From: an uncultured Pseudobdellovibrionaceae bacterium | GTDB taxonomy: Bacteria > Bdellovibrionota > Bdellovibrionia > Bdellovibrionales > UBA1609 | Direction: 5' to 3' | Assembly (NCBI GenBank): GCA_963803705.1 | Contig: CAWDNU010000001.1 | Span: 192,001-256,000, forward strand | DNA: 64,000 nucleotides | Part shown: in pieces, positions 49,062 through 58,226 of the stretch | How the letters are laid out: the number at the start of each line of letters is the position of its first letter | Numbering within the stretch: position 1 is the first letter of the stretch | Program-made: the position numbers and the translations under genes | The notes under the pieces: model-generated | The model's database searches: none | What the model was told of the DNA's origin: nothing | The model's input: the letters and a program-made list of their open reading frames with translations, nothing else

Positions 49062-50253
49062 TTAAATCCTTGATATCTGTTTTACTAAAACAAAGTTCTC
49101 TGAACACATGATCAGCAAACTTTTTACCGGCTTTCGATAGGCTCCATTGATCGTTAGCAAATACTATATAACCATCTTTTTGCAAGTTTAGAAGGTTTTC
49201 AACCACTAAGTTTTTGATTTTTGTAGAATATTTTTTATTCAGATCATAGGCCGATATACCATCCCACTGTCTTAAATGAGTGAAGCAGTAGTCAGTTAAT
49301 GACTCATTGAGTTGTAAGGTCTCTTGCTGCGATGGTGGTGGGTATTTTTGTTTTGTATCCCTTTTTTTTAATTGAGCCTGATAAGTCTTAAAAGTTCGAG
49401 GATTCCAAAATCTTAAACCCCACTGCTTTTCATTCTTAAAGTAAGAATGGGCCCCAAGCCCTACTCCCCAGTAATTCTGATCGTTCCAGTACAACAAGTT
49501 ATGCATTGAAGGTGGAGAACCTACTTTCCTGTAATTAGAAATTTCATATCTGCTGTAACCTGCTTTTTCTAGCAAGCTTTCCGATTCATCCATAAGCTCA
49601 TCCAAAAGATCTTCTTTCGGCATCTGCTGGGCTAAAAAGTGGTTTTGCGGAATCGTTAGCACATATACACTTATATGATTTGGTTGAAATTCTGCTAGTT
49701 TATTTAAATTTTCTTGAAAATCCTTAAAATTCTCATTGGGTAAAGCTATGATTAAATCAGCTGTGAAATTTAGGTCCAGGGACCGTAATGACTCTAAGGT
49801 TGTTATACTTTCCAAAGAAGAATGCTCGCGACCGATCAGATTTAAAGTTTTATCCTTAAAGCTTTGTATTCCAATACTGAAACGATTTACACCAGCATTT
49901 TTCAGATCTTTTAGATCATTGATGGACAGGGTTCCTGGATTTATCTCTAAAGTTATTTCACAGTTGGAATTGAAAATATATCCAACGGATCTAATCTTGT
50001 TAATAATTTTTTCAATGCGTTTTGGACCAAGTAGCGAAGGCGTACCCCCACCGAAATAAATCGATGTAAGCTCAATTTCCTTCAACAGCCTAAGTTCCAA
50101 TTCATCCAGAATAAGTTGGGTGTAATCATCTAGACCAGGACCTTGATCCAATAGCACGGTTGCGAAATCACAGTAATGGCACTTCTGCAGACAATGAGGA
50201 ATATGTATATATATACCTTGAGAAGGTTTATACTGATTGAAGAGACTAATCAT
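49054..50253 (-). CDS. hemW: Radical SAM heme chaperone HemW (HemN-like)
   Basis: IYIHIPHCLQKCHYCDF, YFGGGTPS, YEISNY and HNLLYW (HNxxYW signature). Confidence 0.88.
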   Translation of the reverse strand: MISLFNQYKPSQGIYIHIPHCLQKCHYCDFATVLLDQGPGLDDYTQLILDELELRLLKEIELTSIYFGGGTPSLLGPKRIEKIINKIRSVGYIFNSNCEITLEINPGTLSINDLKDLKNAGVNRFSIGIQSFKDKTLNLIGREHSSLESITTLESLRSLDLNFTADLIIALPNENFKDFQENLNKLAEFQPNHISVYVLTIPQNHFLAQQMPKEDLLDELMDESESLLEKAGYSRYEISNYRKVGSPPSMHNLLYWNDQNYWGVGLGAHSYFKNEKQWGLRFWNPRTFKTYQAQLKKRDTKQKYPPPSQQETLQLNESLTDYCFTHLRQWDGISAYDLNKKYSTKIKNLVVENLLNLQKDGYIVFANDQWSLSKAGKKFADHVFRELCFSKTDIKDLNE

Positions 50254-50269
50254 AAAAAGGGTGTAACAA

Positions 50270-52840
50270 ATGGTGGAAAAGGTTCAATTAAAAAATGGAA
50301 TGACAGTTCTAAAAAATTTGCAGACGAAATCGCCAGTTGTGAGCGTTCAGATTTGGGTTAATAATGGAAGTGCAAATGAACCAGAAGACGTCGCTGGAGT
50401 TTCACATTTTATAGAACATCTTTTATTCAAAGGAACCAAAAGTTTCGGTCCAGGAGAAATAGCTCAATACATCGAGGGCGCGGGGGGACAACTAAACGCA
50501 TACACCTCATTTGATCAAACCGTCTATTACATGACTTTGGGATCATCCAAAATAGATGTGGGTCTTAAAGCTCTTTCCGAGATGGTTTTTCACCCTCTTT
50601 TTGAGAGCCTGGAAATTGACAGAGAGCGAGAAGTTGTAATTGAGGAAATACGCAGGGGCTTAGATGAGCCGAGCCGAGTAAATTCTCAATTTGCCTTCAA
50701 ATCTTTTTTCAAAGAACACCCCTACGGTAAACCAATTATTGGCAATGATCATATCATTGAAAAAATCACTGTTGAAAAGATCAAAGAATATTTTAATGAG
50801 CACTACCACCCAAAACACATGTTTCTTTTAGTAACTGGTGATTTTGATGAGAAGACTATCGACAAAGAAATCATTAAGTATTTCGGAGTGGATGTTAAAT
50901 TCGATCCTTTTAAAGAAAAAATACAAAGCTTACCTGACTTCAGTAAAAAAGAATTTGTAACACAAAAGACAAATTTTGAAGACTCGGTATTTAACTTCTA
51001 CTGGCCATCCGCGCCGTTAAATTCAAAAGACTATGTTTGTCTCGAGATATTAGCACTTATTCTGGGGCAGGGCGAAAGCTCGTGTCTTTATAAATCATTA
51101 AAACTTGAAAACCCAATAGTAAAAACTATTGGTTGTTATGCCTATTCATTAAAGCAGCCAGGCATATTTGCTATCAATTATAAGCCAATGGTTGGCCAAG
51201 AAGAAGCTGCACTGGTTGCTTTCAAAAATGAGTTAGCAAATATATGTAAGCGTGGATTAACAAATGAAGATTTTGAAAAAGCCATTACTAATTTTAAAAG
51301 CGAGGTGTTTTATTCCATGGAAACATGTGATGGCTTAGCTCGCATGGTAGGTCAGAACTACTTTTACATGAAAGATGAAAATTATAACGAAAAGTACTTG
51401 TTGCTATTAGAGCAAATAACCTTAAGTGATATCGAGGATGTATTTGAAAGATTTGTCTTAAAAGTTCCTGTTAAGCTTTTTGTCAGTACTCAACAAGAAA
51501 ATAATTATGTAGAAAAAATCCAAAGTATATTTGAGACAAATTTTATAGAAGAGTTAAAGTTAAAACGAAATAAAAATATAAATGAATTCAACGCATTACT
51601 ATGGAAACCAAAAAAACAACAAGACTCGTCGATTAAAGAATTCGTTTTAGACCACGGCGCTAGAGTCTACATTAAATCCCAAAATGAAACCCCAGTAATT
51701 CAGATGGATATGGCCTTTTTGGGCGGAGAAAAAATTGATAATTCCAAAGGAGCCTTAGCATTAATAGCACAAAAGTCATGGGGTAGAGAAACAAAACGGC
51801 TAACAGAGTCAGAGCTCGTATTCAAATTTGATAACCTTGCATCATCCCACTCTGTATTTTCCGGAAAACATTCGTTAGGAATGCAAGTCAGCACATTGTC
51901 ACCATTTTTTGAAAAAATGATGGAACTGAATTTCGAGTTATTAAAAGAGACAGAAGTTTCGCAAAAAATAATTGATCGAGATGTTCACTTTATCACTAAA
52001 CACTACGAAAACAGAAAAGATAATCCTCTGCAAGTTGCTTTTCAAGAATTTATGACCCAAATGTTCGAAGGACATTATTACGAAAATGATTCGTTGAAAG
52101 AAGTCAGTTTGATGAAAAAAATGGATTCAAAAAATTTGTCTCAGTTTATAGATCAACATTTTGATCCTGCAAATTTAGTTCTATCAGTGGTAGGTGATGT
52201 AGACGTAGATCATACTTTAAGATTAATAGAAAATGGGCTGTCACAACTTAAATTAAAAAAACAACCAATAAAATTTGGGTCTTACAAAGGCCCCCAGCGT
52301 GATAAATCAATAGAAATTGAGTCAAGTAAAGAGCAAGCGCAGATTATTTTTGGCTTTCAGGGTCTGACCTATAAGGACCCTAGAAGACCTATTTTGTCTG
52401 TAGTACAATCGATTCTTTCTGGTCAAGGGGGAAGGCTTTTTTTAGAGCTTAGAGACAAGGCCTCACTTGCTTACACAGTGAGTCCCATTCGCATGGAGGG
52501 ACAAGAATCTGGCTACTTTGGGTCGTACATAGCTTGTGCACCTTCAAAAAAAATTAAAGCTATTCAGATGATGAAAGACGAATTCGAAAAACTTATAAGC
52601 AACCCCGTAGCAAGTTCAGAATTGAACGCAGCAAAGGCCTCACTTATAGGGCGAGCTGAAATATCTTTGCAGCGTAATTCTGAAATTAGCGAAAAGGTGC
52701 TTTTTGATGCTATTTATGGGCTTCAATACGATTCATATTTAAACTATGCTAAAGCCATCGAATCAGTAACTGCTGAAGATATAGGTAAACTTATGAGTGA
52801 GCTTTATTCTAAACCTAAGATTTTAGTTTCCTTAGGTTAA
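50270..52840 (+). CDS. M16 family (insulinase) zinc metallopeptidase, two-module fusion
   Basis: HFIEH inverted zinc motif, NAYTSFDQT and C-terminal RLFLELRDKASLAY. Confidence 0.92.
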   Translation: MVEKVQLKNGMTVLKNLQTKSPVVSVQIWVNNGSANEPEDVAGVSHFIEHLLFKGTKSFGPGEIAQYIEGAGGQLNAYTSFDQTVYYMTLGSSKIDVGLKALSEMVFHPLFESLEIDREREVVIEEIRRGLDEPSRVNSQFAFKSFFKEHPYGKPIIGNDHIIEKITVEKIKEYFNEHYHPKHMFLLVTGDFDEKTIDKEIIKYFGVDVKFDPFKEKIQSLPDFSKKEFVTQKTNFEDSVFNFYWPSAPLNSKDYVCLEILALILGQGESSCLYKSLKLENPIVKTIGCYAYSLKQPGIFAINYKPMVGQEEAALVAFKNELANICKRGLTNEDFEKAITNFKSEVFYSMETCDGLARMVGQNYFYMKDENYNEKYLLLLEQITLSDIEDVFERFVLKVPVKLFVSTQQENNYVEKIQSIFETNFIEELKLKRNKNINEFNALLWKPKKQQDSSIKEFVLDHGARVYIKSQNETPVIQMDMAFLGGEKIDNSKGALALIAQKSWGRETKRLTESELVFKFDNLASSHSVFSGKHSLGMQVSTLSPFFEKMMELNFELLKETEVSQKIIDRDVHFITKHYENRKDNPLQVAFQEFMTQMFEGHYYENDSLKEVSLMKKMDSKNLSQFIDQHFDPANLVLSVVGDVDVDHTLRLIENGLSQLKLKKQPIKFGSYKGPQRDKSIEIESSKEQAQIIFGFQGLTYKDPRRPILSVVQSILSGQGGRLFLELRDKASLAYTVSPIRMEGQESGYFGSYIACAPSKKIKAIQMMKDEFEKLISNPVASSELNAAKASLIGRAEISLQRNSEISEKVLFDAIYGLQYDSYLNYAKAIESVTAEDIGKLMSELYSKPKILVSLG

Positions 52841-52954
52841 TAAAGCAGCAAGCTTTGTAATTTAACCCTTAAATTCGTGTCAAAATGAGGCTAAGTCACT
52901 GTTTAGAACTTTTGAATTAATGACGATATGTTTAATTGTTACTAACCTGGAGGT

Positions 52955-53566
52955 TTGAACCTGAGCACTGAAGGACCAGATCTAATTCTGTCATCCAAAG
53001 AGTATTTCGACGGCCTATTAGAGGACGCTTTAAAGGAAATGAACAAATTTGACGTTCATCCTTTTTCTAAAACCTATTTGTCTGACTTGTTGAACAATTT
53101 TGTGCATGTAGACTCTTTGTTTCAGAAGAATGAAAACGGGGTAGTAGAGTCGAAAATGCTGAGTGAACAGTTTTTAGAGTCCCAAGTTTTGAATACCTCT
53201 ATTAGGATACAAAAATTGAAAAAGCTTGCAGAAACTACGTTGTATATGTCAGGTTTTTTTGCCTCATCATTAAATAAAAAGTTAGTTAATCAAAGTTATT
53301 ACATTCAAATCGGAACAATGGTTTATGCTAACTTGTCATCCTCGGTCCAGACTAAGCCGAAGGCGGAGCTGTATATGCATTTAGCAAATCATTTTTTGAA
53401 CTATGCGGATTTATTAACTGAGGTTAGTCAAAAGGCTAATATACAAAAATCAGGTGACGTCCTAGAACTAGCGAGTAGATACTTGGACAATGGTTCTGAG
53501 TGGGCTGAGAAACACTTAATACTGAATGGTATCCCCCTTGCACCGCTCAAAAAAACATCCAATTAG
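52955..53566 (+). CDS. Hypothetical protein
   Basis: 203 aa ORF, TTG start after GGAGG, LAETTLYMSGFF segment. Confidence 0.75.
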   Translation: MNLSTEGPDLILSSKEYFDGLLEDALKEMNKFDVHPFSKTYLSDLLNNFVHVDSLFQKNENGVVESKMLSEQFLESQVLNTSIRIQKLKKLAETTLYMSGFFASSLNKKLVNQSYYIQIGTMVYANLSSSVQTKPKAELYMHLANHFLNYADLLTEVSQKANIQKSGDVLELASRYLDNGSEWAEKHLILNGIPLAPLKKTSN

Positions 53567-53662
53567 ATTTTGATATGGTAGATTTAATTCAAACTTCAAC
53601 GGACACTTAAAATTGATCAAAGTAGATGGACAAATTCTCTTAAGCCTTATTAAATGTAAACT

Positions 53663-54112
53663 ATGTTAGGTTTAGGTTTTTGGGAGATCATTATTATCGG
53701 TATCGTGGCTCTAGTCGTAATTGGCCCAGAGCGTTTACCAGATTTTGCAAAAAGTGTGGCAAAATTTCTAAATGAAATGAAGCGAACAGCATCTGATTTA
53801 AAAACTACTTTTGACGACGAAAAAGACATTTTCAAAGAAAATATAGACCAAATTCAAAAGCTAAAAACTGACTTTAAGTCTATGGCTTCTCTAGAAGAGC
53901 CTATTGATAAAAAAATTGACCAGCTTCATAAATCTGAATCAATTGATCAGATGCAAGACTACCTTCATGCAGAAGAGCAGCTGGATCTTTTAGATCCACA
54001 TTTGGGTTACGGGTCTGATGATGAACATTTCGAATGCGAAGATTCAAACTATGCCGAAGATGAAGTGCACCCCGACTACAACTTATCTAAAAAGGATAAG
54101 GATAAAGTTTGA
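53663..54112 (+). CDS. tatB: Twin-arginine translocase subunit TatB
   Basis: GLGFWEIIIIGIVALVVIGPERLP; directly upstream of tatC. Confidence 0.9.
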   Translation: MLGLGFWEIIIIGIVALVVIGPERLPDFAKSVAKFLNEMKRTASDLKTTFDDEKDIFKENIDQIQKLKTDFKSMASLEEPIDKKIDQLHKSESIDQMQDYLHAEEQLDLLDPHLGYGSDDEHFECEDSNYAEDEVHPDYNLSKKDKDKV

Positions 54113-54831
54113 TGGAAGAAAAAAACTTAATAGATCATCTGAAAGATTTACGATCGATGGTTATTTTCTCTATAGTTTACATAATAATTGGAATGATGAT
54201 TGCCTGGATATTTAAAGAACAATTGTTTGATATTATTAGAACACCAATTTCTCCGTATTTGAAAAACTCTGACGGCGGCTTAGTTTACACAAATATTACT
54301 GAAAATTTTGTTGCGTATATAAAAGTTTCTCTGATAGGCGGAATACTGATAAGCTGTCCTTTCTGGATGCATCAAATTTGGAGATTCGTTTCACCTGCCC
54401 TATATAAGAATGAGAAAAAATACGCAGCCTTGTTTATTTTCCTTGGTACTGTACTTTTTTTCGGTGGCGTTTGTTTTGCTTACTTTATCGTTTACCCTTT
54501 TATGTTCGATTTCTTATTCAGTTTCGGAAGTGGTAAAGATCAAGCAATGATAACTATAGGCGAGTACTTGGGGTTCTTTGTTAAGACAACAGTCTTATTT
54601 GGCTTTGCATTTGAAATGCCCCTTATCATTACGGTTCTGGGCGTGTTTGGGCTTGTTAGTTCAACTTTTTTAAAAGAAAGCCGTAGATATGCGGCCTTAT
54701 TTATATCTGTAGGCTCGGCCATTTTAACTCCACCAGACCCATTATCAATGCTGATGATGATGCTACCTTTGTATCTACTTTTCGAGCTTTCAATTTTAAG
54801 TGTGAGTTACTTAGAAACAAAAGAAACTTAG
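54109..54831 (+). CDS. tatC: Twin-arginine translocase subunit TatC
   Basis: LIDHLKDLR, QIWRFVSPALYKNEK, FEMP and LTPPDPLS motifs. Confidence 0.95.
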   Translation: MMEEKNLIDHLKDLRSMVIFSIVYIIIGMMIAWIFKEQLFDIIRTPISPYLKNSDGGLVYTNITENFVAYIKVSLIGGILISCPFWMHQIWRFVSPALYKNEKKYAALFIFLGTVLFFGGVCFAYFIVYPFMFDFLFSFGSGKDQAMITIGEYLGFFVKTTVLFGFAFEMPLIITVLGVFGLVSSTFLKESRRYAALFISVGSAILTPPDPLSMLMMMLPLYLLFELSILSVSYLETKET

Positions 54832-55547
54832 TTAGATCTGGCATTGAAAAAAACCTGAGTGTTGAAGTTACCCACCGGTTGAATGAATGACCCATAGAAA
54901 CCAGAAAAGTTTGCATTTATTGTGTAAGACTGGCTGGCTGGTACAATCTCTTCGCCGAAGTCTTGAAGTCCACCAATCAGTACAACTATGTTTGATAGAT
55001 TAGCAGCACTGTTATCGGGGCAACAGGAGCTAGTATCACCTTCAGGTTCAGAGGTGTTAGCTGCAGATTTACCCAATTCTGTGATCTTCGTGGTGTCCGC
55101 AGCTATATCTTCGCAGCTCCTAAAAGGTAGGCTATTAGGCTCTTTAAAATAGGTAACCTTATCCATGCAGTAACCTGCCTGAAAAGGAGGTATAATGGCA
55201 AAAAAAGCTTTGGGCGCTGGACGAAGGTTATTATCTTCGAAGGAAAACAAATTAGCAGCAGGATCAACTGGAACTACCTTTGTACCTTTGGGACCAGTAA
55301 CTGTAAGGGTAAGGCCTACGAGTGTCAGTGGATTTGGATTTCCCTGGTTATCAATTCTCAGTTGAAATGTAATACTGGGTTTTTCTATGGTTGTAAAATT
55401 ATCAACACCGAAAATAAACGTGCGGTCCACATTTAAAATAAATGGCTCAGTGGGTGCAATTGAAACTACGCTTACTCCATTACCGTCGCCACAATTGGCT
55501 ATCCAGGTTACCGAAAAAACTGCAATACATAGTCTTAAATAAAACAT
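54828..55547 (-). CDS. Hypothetical Cys-containing lipoprotein
   Basis: Signal peptide ending WIANC, beta-rich body, four further Cys residues. Confidence 0.7.
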   Translation of the reverse strand: MFYLRLCIAVFSVTWIANCGDGNGVSVVSIAPTEPFILNVDRTFIFGVDNFTTIEKPSITFQLRIDNQGNPNPLTLVGLTLTVTGPKGTKVVPVDPAANLFSFEDNNLRPAPKAFFAIIPPFQAGYCMDKVTYFKEPNSLPFRSCEDIAADTTKITELGKSAANTSEPEGDTSSCCPDNSAANLSNIVVLIGGLQDFGEEIVPASQSYTINANFSGFYGSFIQPVGNFNTQVFFNARSN

Positions 55548-55574
55548 AATTTTACCCTTCTACCCATATTGTAC

Positions 55575-55601
55575 TTATCGGTTTATCTAAAATCAAATTG
55601 A
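55575..55601 (-). promoter_or_regulatory. Putative sigma-28 (FliA) promoter
   Basis: Minus strand reads TCAA-N15-ACCGATAA against consensus TAAA-N15-GCCGATAA, about 28 bp upstream of the lipoprotein start. Confidence 0.65.
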
Positions 55602-55732
55602 AGCAGTGGCTTCTGTGCTAGACTTTAGAACAGCTTTTAAAAAAGTAGAAATGTAAGATGAAGATTTTAGTGATTAGTATTTGATGCTAGTCGAAGAAAA
55701 AATTGCACTTCTGTAACTGTGTGATTGAAGTC

Positions 55733-56518
55733 TTAAAGTGGAACATCGGTATAAAATTCTGTGGAAATTTTTTCAGATAGACGATTCATAAGTCCTTTTC
55801 TCTCGCGTATTTCTGAAGACAGAAAATGGTCAACTTCAGTCAGTTTGAAACCAACGGATTTATTCATGAACTGCCTGAAGACGTGAGGTAAAAAACTTGC
55901 GTTTTCAAACCAAGCGATATTATCAACTTTATCTGCATCAGAAGTGGGAACTGAATTAAGTAAATTATATTTAAGACAATAAGCTGTGATTGGAATAGTT
56001 CCACTTTGTGCTATCTGTAAAAGTGACGATTTAAAAGGCCTAAGGGTAACACCATCACTAGTGGTAGCTTCAGGAAAAATCAGAACATTAAAACCTTTGC
56101 CTATCCAACTTTGGATAAGCTGAATTTCGTCTTTCATACTTTTATGTGATCTTCTATTTACGTATAAGCATTCACCAATTCGTGTTATCCAACCTAAAAA
56201 TGGGACGTCTCTCATTTCAGTAGAAGTAACAAATAAAGTGGGAAATTTTGAAGCAATAACCAATACATCCATATAAGACATATGATTACAGATCAGTAAG
56301 TTTCCCTTGGGTTTATTTTTTAGATCATAAATTCCATGATAACCAAAAATATACCGACACAAAAGTGAAGTCCACTGCGTGTTTCTTTGAGCTACTGTCT
56401 TTCTTATAAAAGGAGAGTAAAAAAATAAAATTTTATTTAAGATACCAAAGGTAAAAAAAAGAAGGATAAAAAAAGCTATTAAGGGCCCTTTCAAAAATAT
56501 TCTCAGAAGCTTAAACAT
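55733..56518 (-). CDS. 1-acyl-sn-glycerol-3-phosphate acyltransferase family protein
   Basis: NHMSYMD (HX4D), IFPEATT and PFKS motifs. Confidence 0.9.
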   Translation of the reverse strand: MFKLLRIFLKGPLIAFFILLFFTFGILNKILFFYSPFIRKTVAQRNTQWTSLLCRYIFGYHGIYDLKNKPKGNLLICNHMSYMDVLVIASKFPTLFVTSTEMRDVPFLGWITRIGECLYVNRRSHKSMKDEIQLIQSWIGKGFNVLIFPEATTSDGVTLRPFKSSLLQIAQSGTIPITAYCLKYNLLNSVPTSDADKVDNIAWFENASFLPHVFRQFMNKSVGFKLTEVDHFLSSEIRERKGLMNRLSEKISTEFYTDVPL

Positions 56519-56528
56519 AAGACGCTAA

Positions 56529-57788
56529 TTATTTGAGTGCAGAGAAGGCCATGTCAATATCATTTTTCAAGTCTTCAATATTTTCAAGACCTATACTCAT
56601 TCGAATTAAAAAAGGCGAGATACCGCTTGAGTCTTTCGAATCTTGATCCAGTCCAGAGTGAGTCATGTAATTAGGAAGCTCGATTAAAGTTTTAGTAAGA
56701 CCTAGACTGACAGCTAACGTTATACAATAAGAGTTTTGAGCTAAATAGTTTACAAAAGGAATAGTGTCTTTGTCAGAATTTTTAAGTTTAAAAGCTATCA
56801 TGTACCCGGGACTAAATTCTCCATTTGCATTTTTTAAAACTTGTTTAGCTATTCGAAAGTACTCAAAGCTTTCTAACCCAGGATAACTCACAAATTCAAT
56901 TTCCGTTCTTTCACTTAAATACTTTGAAAGTTCATTGGCAGTCTCTTGCTGCTTTTGATACCTTAGAAGCAAGGTAGGTAATCCATGAGTATTTATATCC
57001 CAAGCGGCTTTAGGGTGAAGTACTGCACCAAAATCTTTACGAGCTAATTTTAACAAGCTTTCGTACTTTTTTGAGGTCATCACGGCGCCACCCATTTCTG
57101 TTCCAAACCCTGAAATATTCTTAGTCAGACTTTGGATTACAAAGTCGGCCCCAAGGCTAGAGGGTTGGCAACCGCATGGAGTGGCAAAAGTGTTATCAAC
57201 AATGATTACAATCTTTTGTTCTTCAGTTCTTTTTAAATTCTCTTTATCCACTACAGTTTTAATGAGCGGTAAATCGATAACTTCCAAAGTTGGGTTTGAG
57301 ACTGATTCCAAATAAATTATCCGCGTGCTATCCGTAATCATTTCCGCGTTAAACTTAGTAAGATCTTTAAATCGACCATTAATATTAAATTTAGGTAGCC
57401 AATTTTTTATGAAGCTAAAGCTACAACCGTAGATGGTCTGGTGACTTAATATATCATCTCCAGATTTTGACAGCGCAAGTAGGGTAGATGCAATTGCGCC
57501 CATTCCAGTGCTGAAAGTGATAGCTGTTTCGGTGTCTTCAGCGTCAGCGAGTTGTTTTTCTAACATTAAAGTATTCGGCTCATCTAATCTATCATAAACC
57601 CAAATTGGACCTTCATTAAACTTTTCTGATCCAAAATTAGAAAAACCCTCTGCGCCTCTTTCAACTGAACCAAGTCTAAAAGTTGTGCTCGCAGATATTG
57701 GTGGTATCAACGACTTAGAAAAATCCCAAGCCATACTGTTTGCCTCACCATGAATCATTTTAGTTTCAAAAGATAATTTTTTACTCAT
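56529..57788 (-). CDS. PLP-dependent Cys/Met metabolism enzyme (methionine gamma-lyase-like)
   Basis: STGMGAI, YGCS, ESVSNPT, VDNTFATP, SLTK (PLP Lys), AVSLG and RMSIGLE motifs. Confidence 0.9.
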   Translation of the reverse strand: MSKKLSFETKMIHGEANSMAWDFSKSLIPPISASTTFRLGSVERGAEGFSNFGSEKFNEGPIWVYDRLDEPNTLMLEKQLADAEDTETAITFSTGMGAIASTLLALSKSGDDILSHQTIYGCSFSFIKNWLPKFNINGRFKDLTKFNAEMITDSTRIIYLESVSNPTLEVIDLPLIKTVVDKENLKRTEEQKIVIIVDNTFATPCGCQPSSLGADFVIQSLTKNISGFGTEMGGAVMTSKKYESLLKLARKDFGAVLHPKAAWDINTHGLPTLLLRYQKQQETANELSKYLSERTEIEFVSYPGLESFEYFRIAKQVLKNANGEFSPGYMIAFKLKNSDKDTIPFVNYLAQNSYCITLAVSLGLTKTLIELPNYMTHSGLDQDSKDSSGISPFLIRMSIGLENIEDLKNDIDMAFSALK

Positions 57789-57800
57789 AATATCCTCCTA

Positions 57801-58050
57801 TCGCCCAAGTCTTTATAGTTTCACTTTGAGGGCTCCTCGCCCAAGTCTTTATAGTTTCACTTTGAGGGCTCCTCGCCCAAGTCTTTATAGTTTCACTTTG
57901 AGGGCTCTTCGCCCAAGTCTTTATAGTTTCACTTTGAGGGCTCTTCGCCCAAGTCTTTATAGTTTCACTTTGAGGGCTCCTCGCCCTCGGCTTAACAGTT
58001 ACACTTTGATGGCTTTCCACCCAAGGCTCACAGTTCACTTTGAAGGCTTT
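57801..58050. repeat. 36-bp tandem repeat: 5 near-identical copies plus 2 degenerate copies
   Basis: Unit TCGCCCAAGTCTTTATAGTTTCACTTTGAGGGCTCY starts at 57801, 57837, 57873, 57909 and 57945. Degenerate copies start at 57981 and 58017. No spacers. Confidence 0.95.
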
Positions 58051-58226
58051 TATAAGTTCATAGATACGAAATCTGGTGTTTTTTCAACATATTAAACCTA
58101 AGGGTTCAATAAATTCGTTTTTAGAAGTAAAATAATTATCAGCAAAGGCTAAATCTCTGTTTAGAACAAATTTTAACTCCAGAAGGCAGACTTTGAAGCC
58201 TCGAAAATAAAACTGTTAAATAAAGA

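Noticed and set aside
57801..58050. CRISPR array (36-bp repeats)
   Set aside because: Units are head-to-tail with no unique spacers, and there are no cas genes in the window.
57826..58095. Plus-strand repeat ORF (RAPRPSLYSFTL)n
   Set aside because: Open only because the unit length is a multiple of 3; no RBS.
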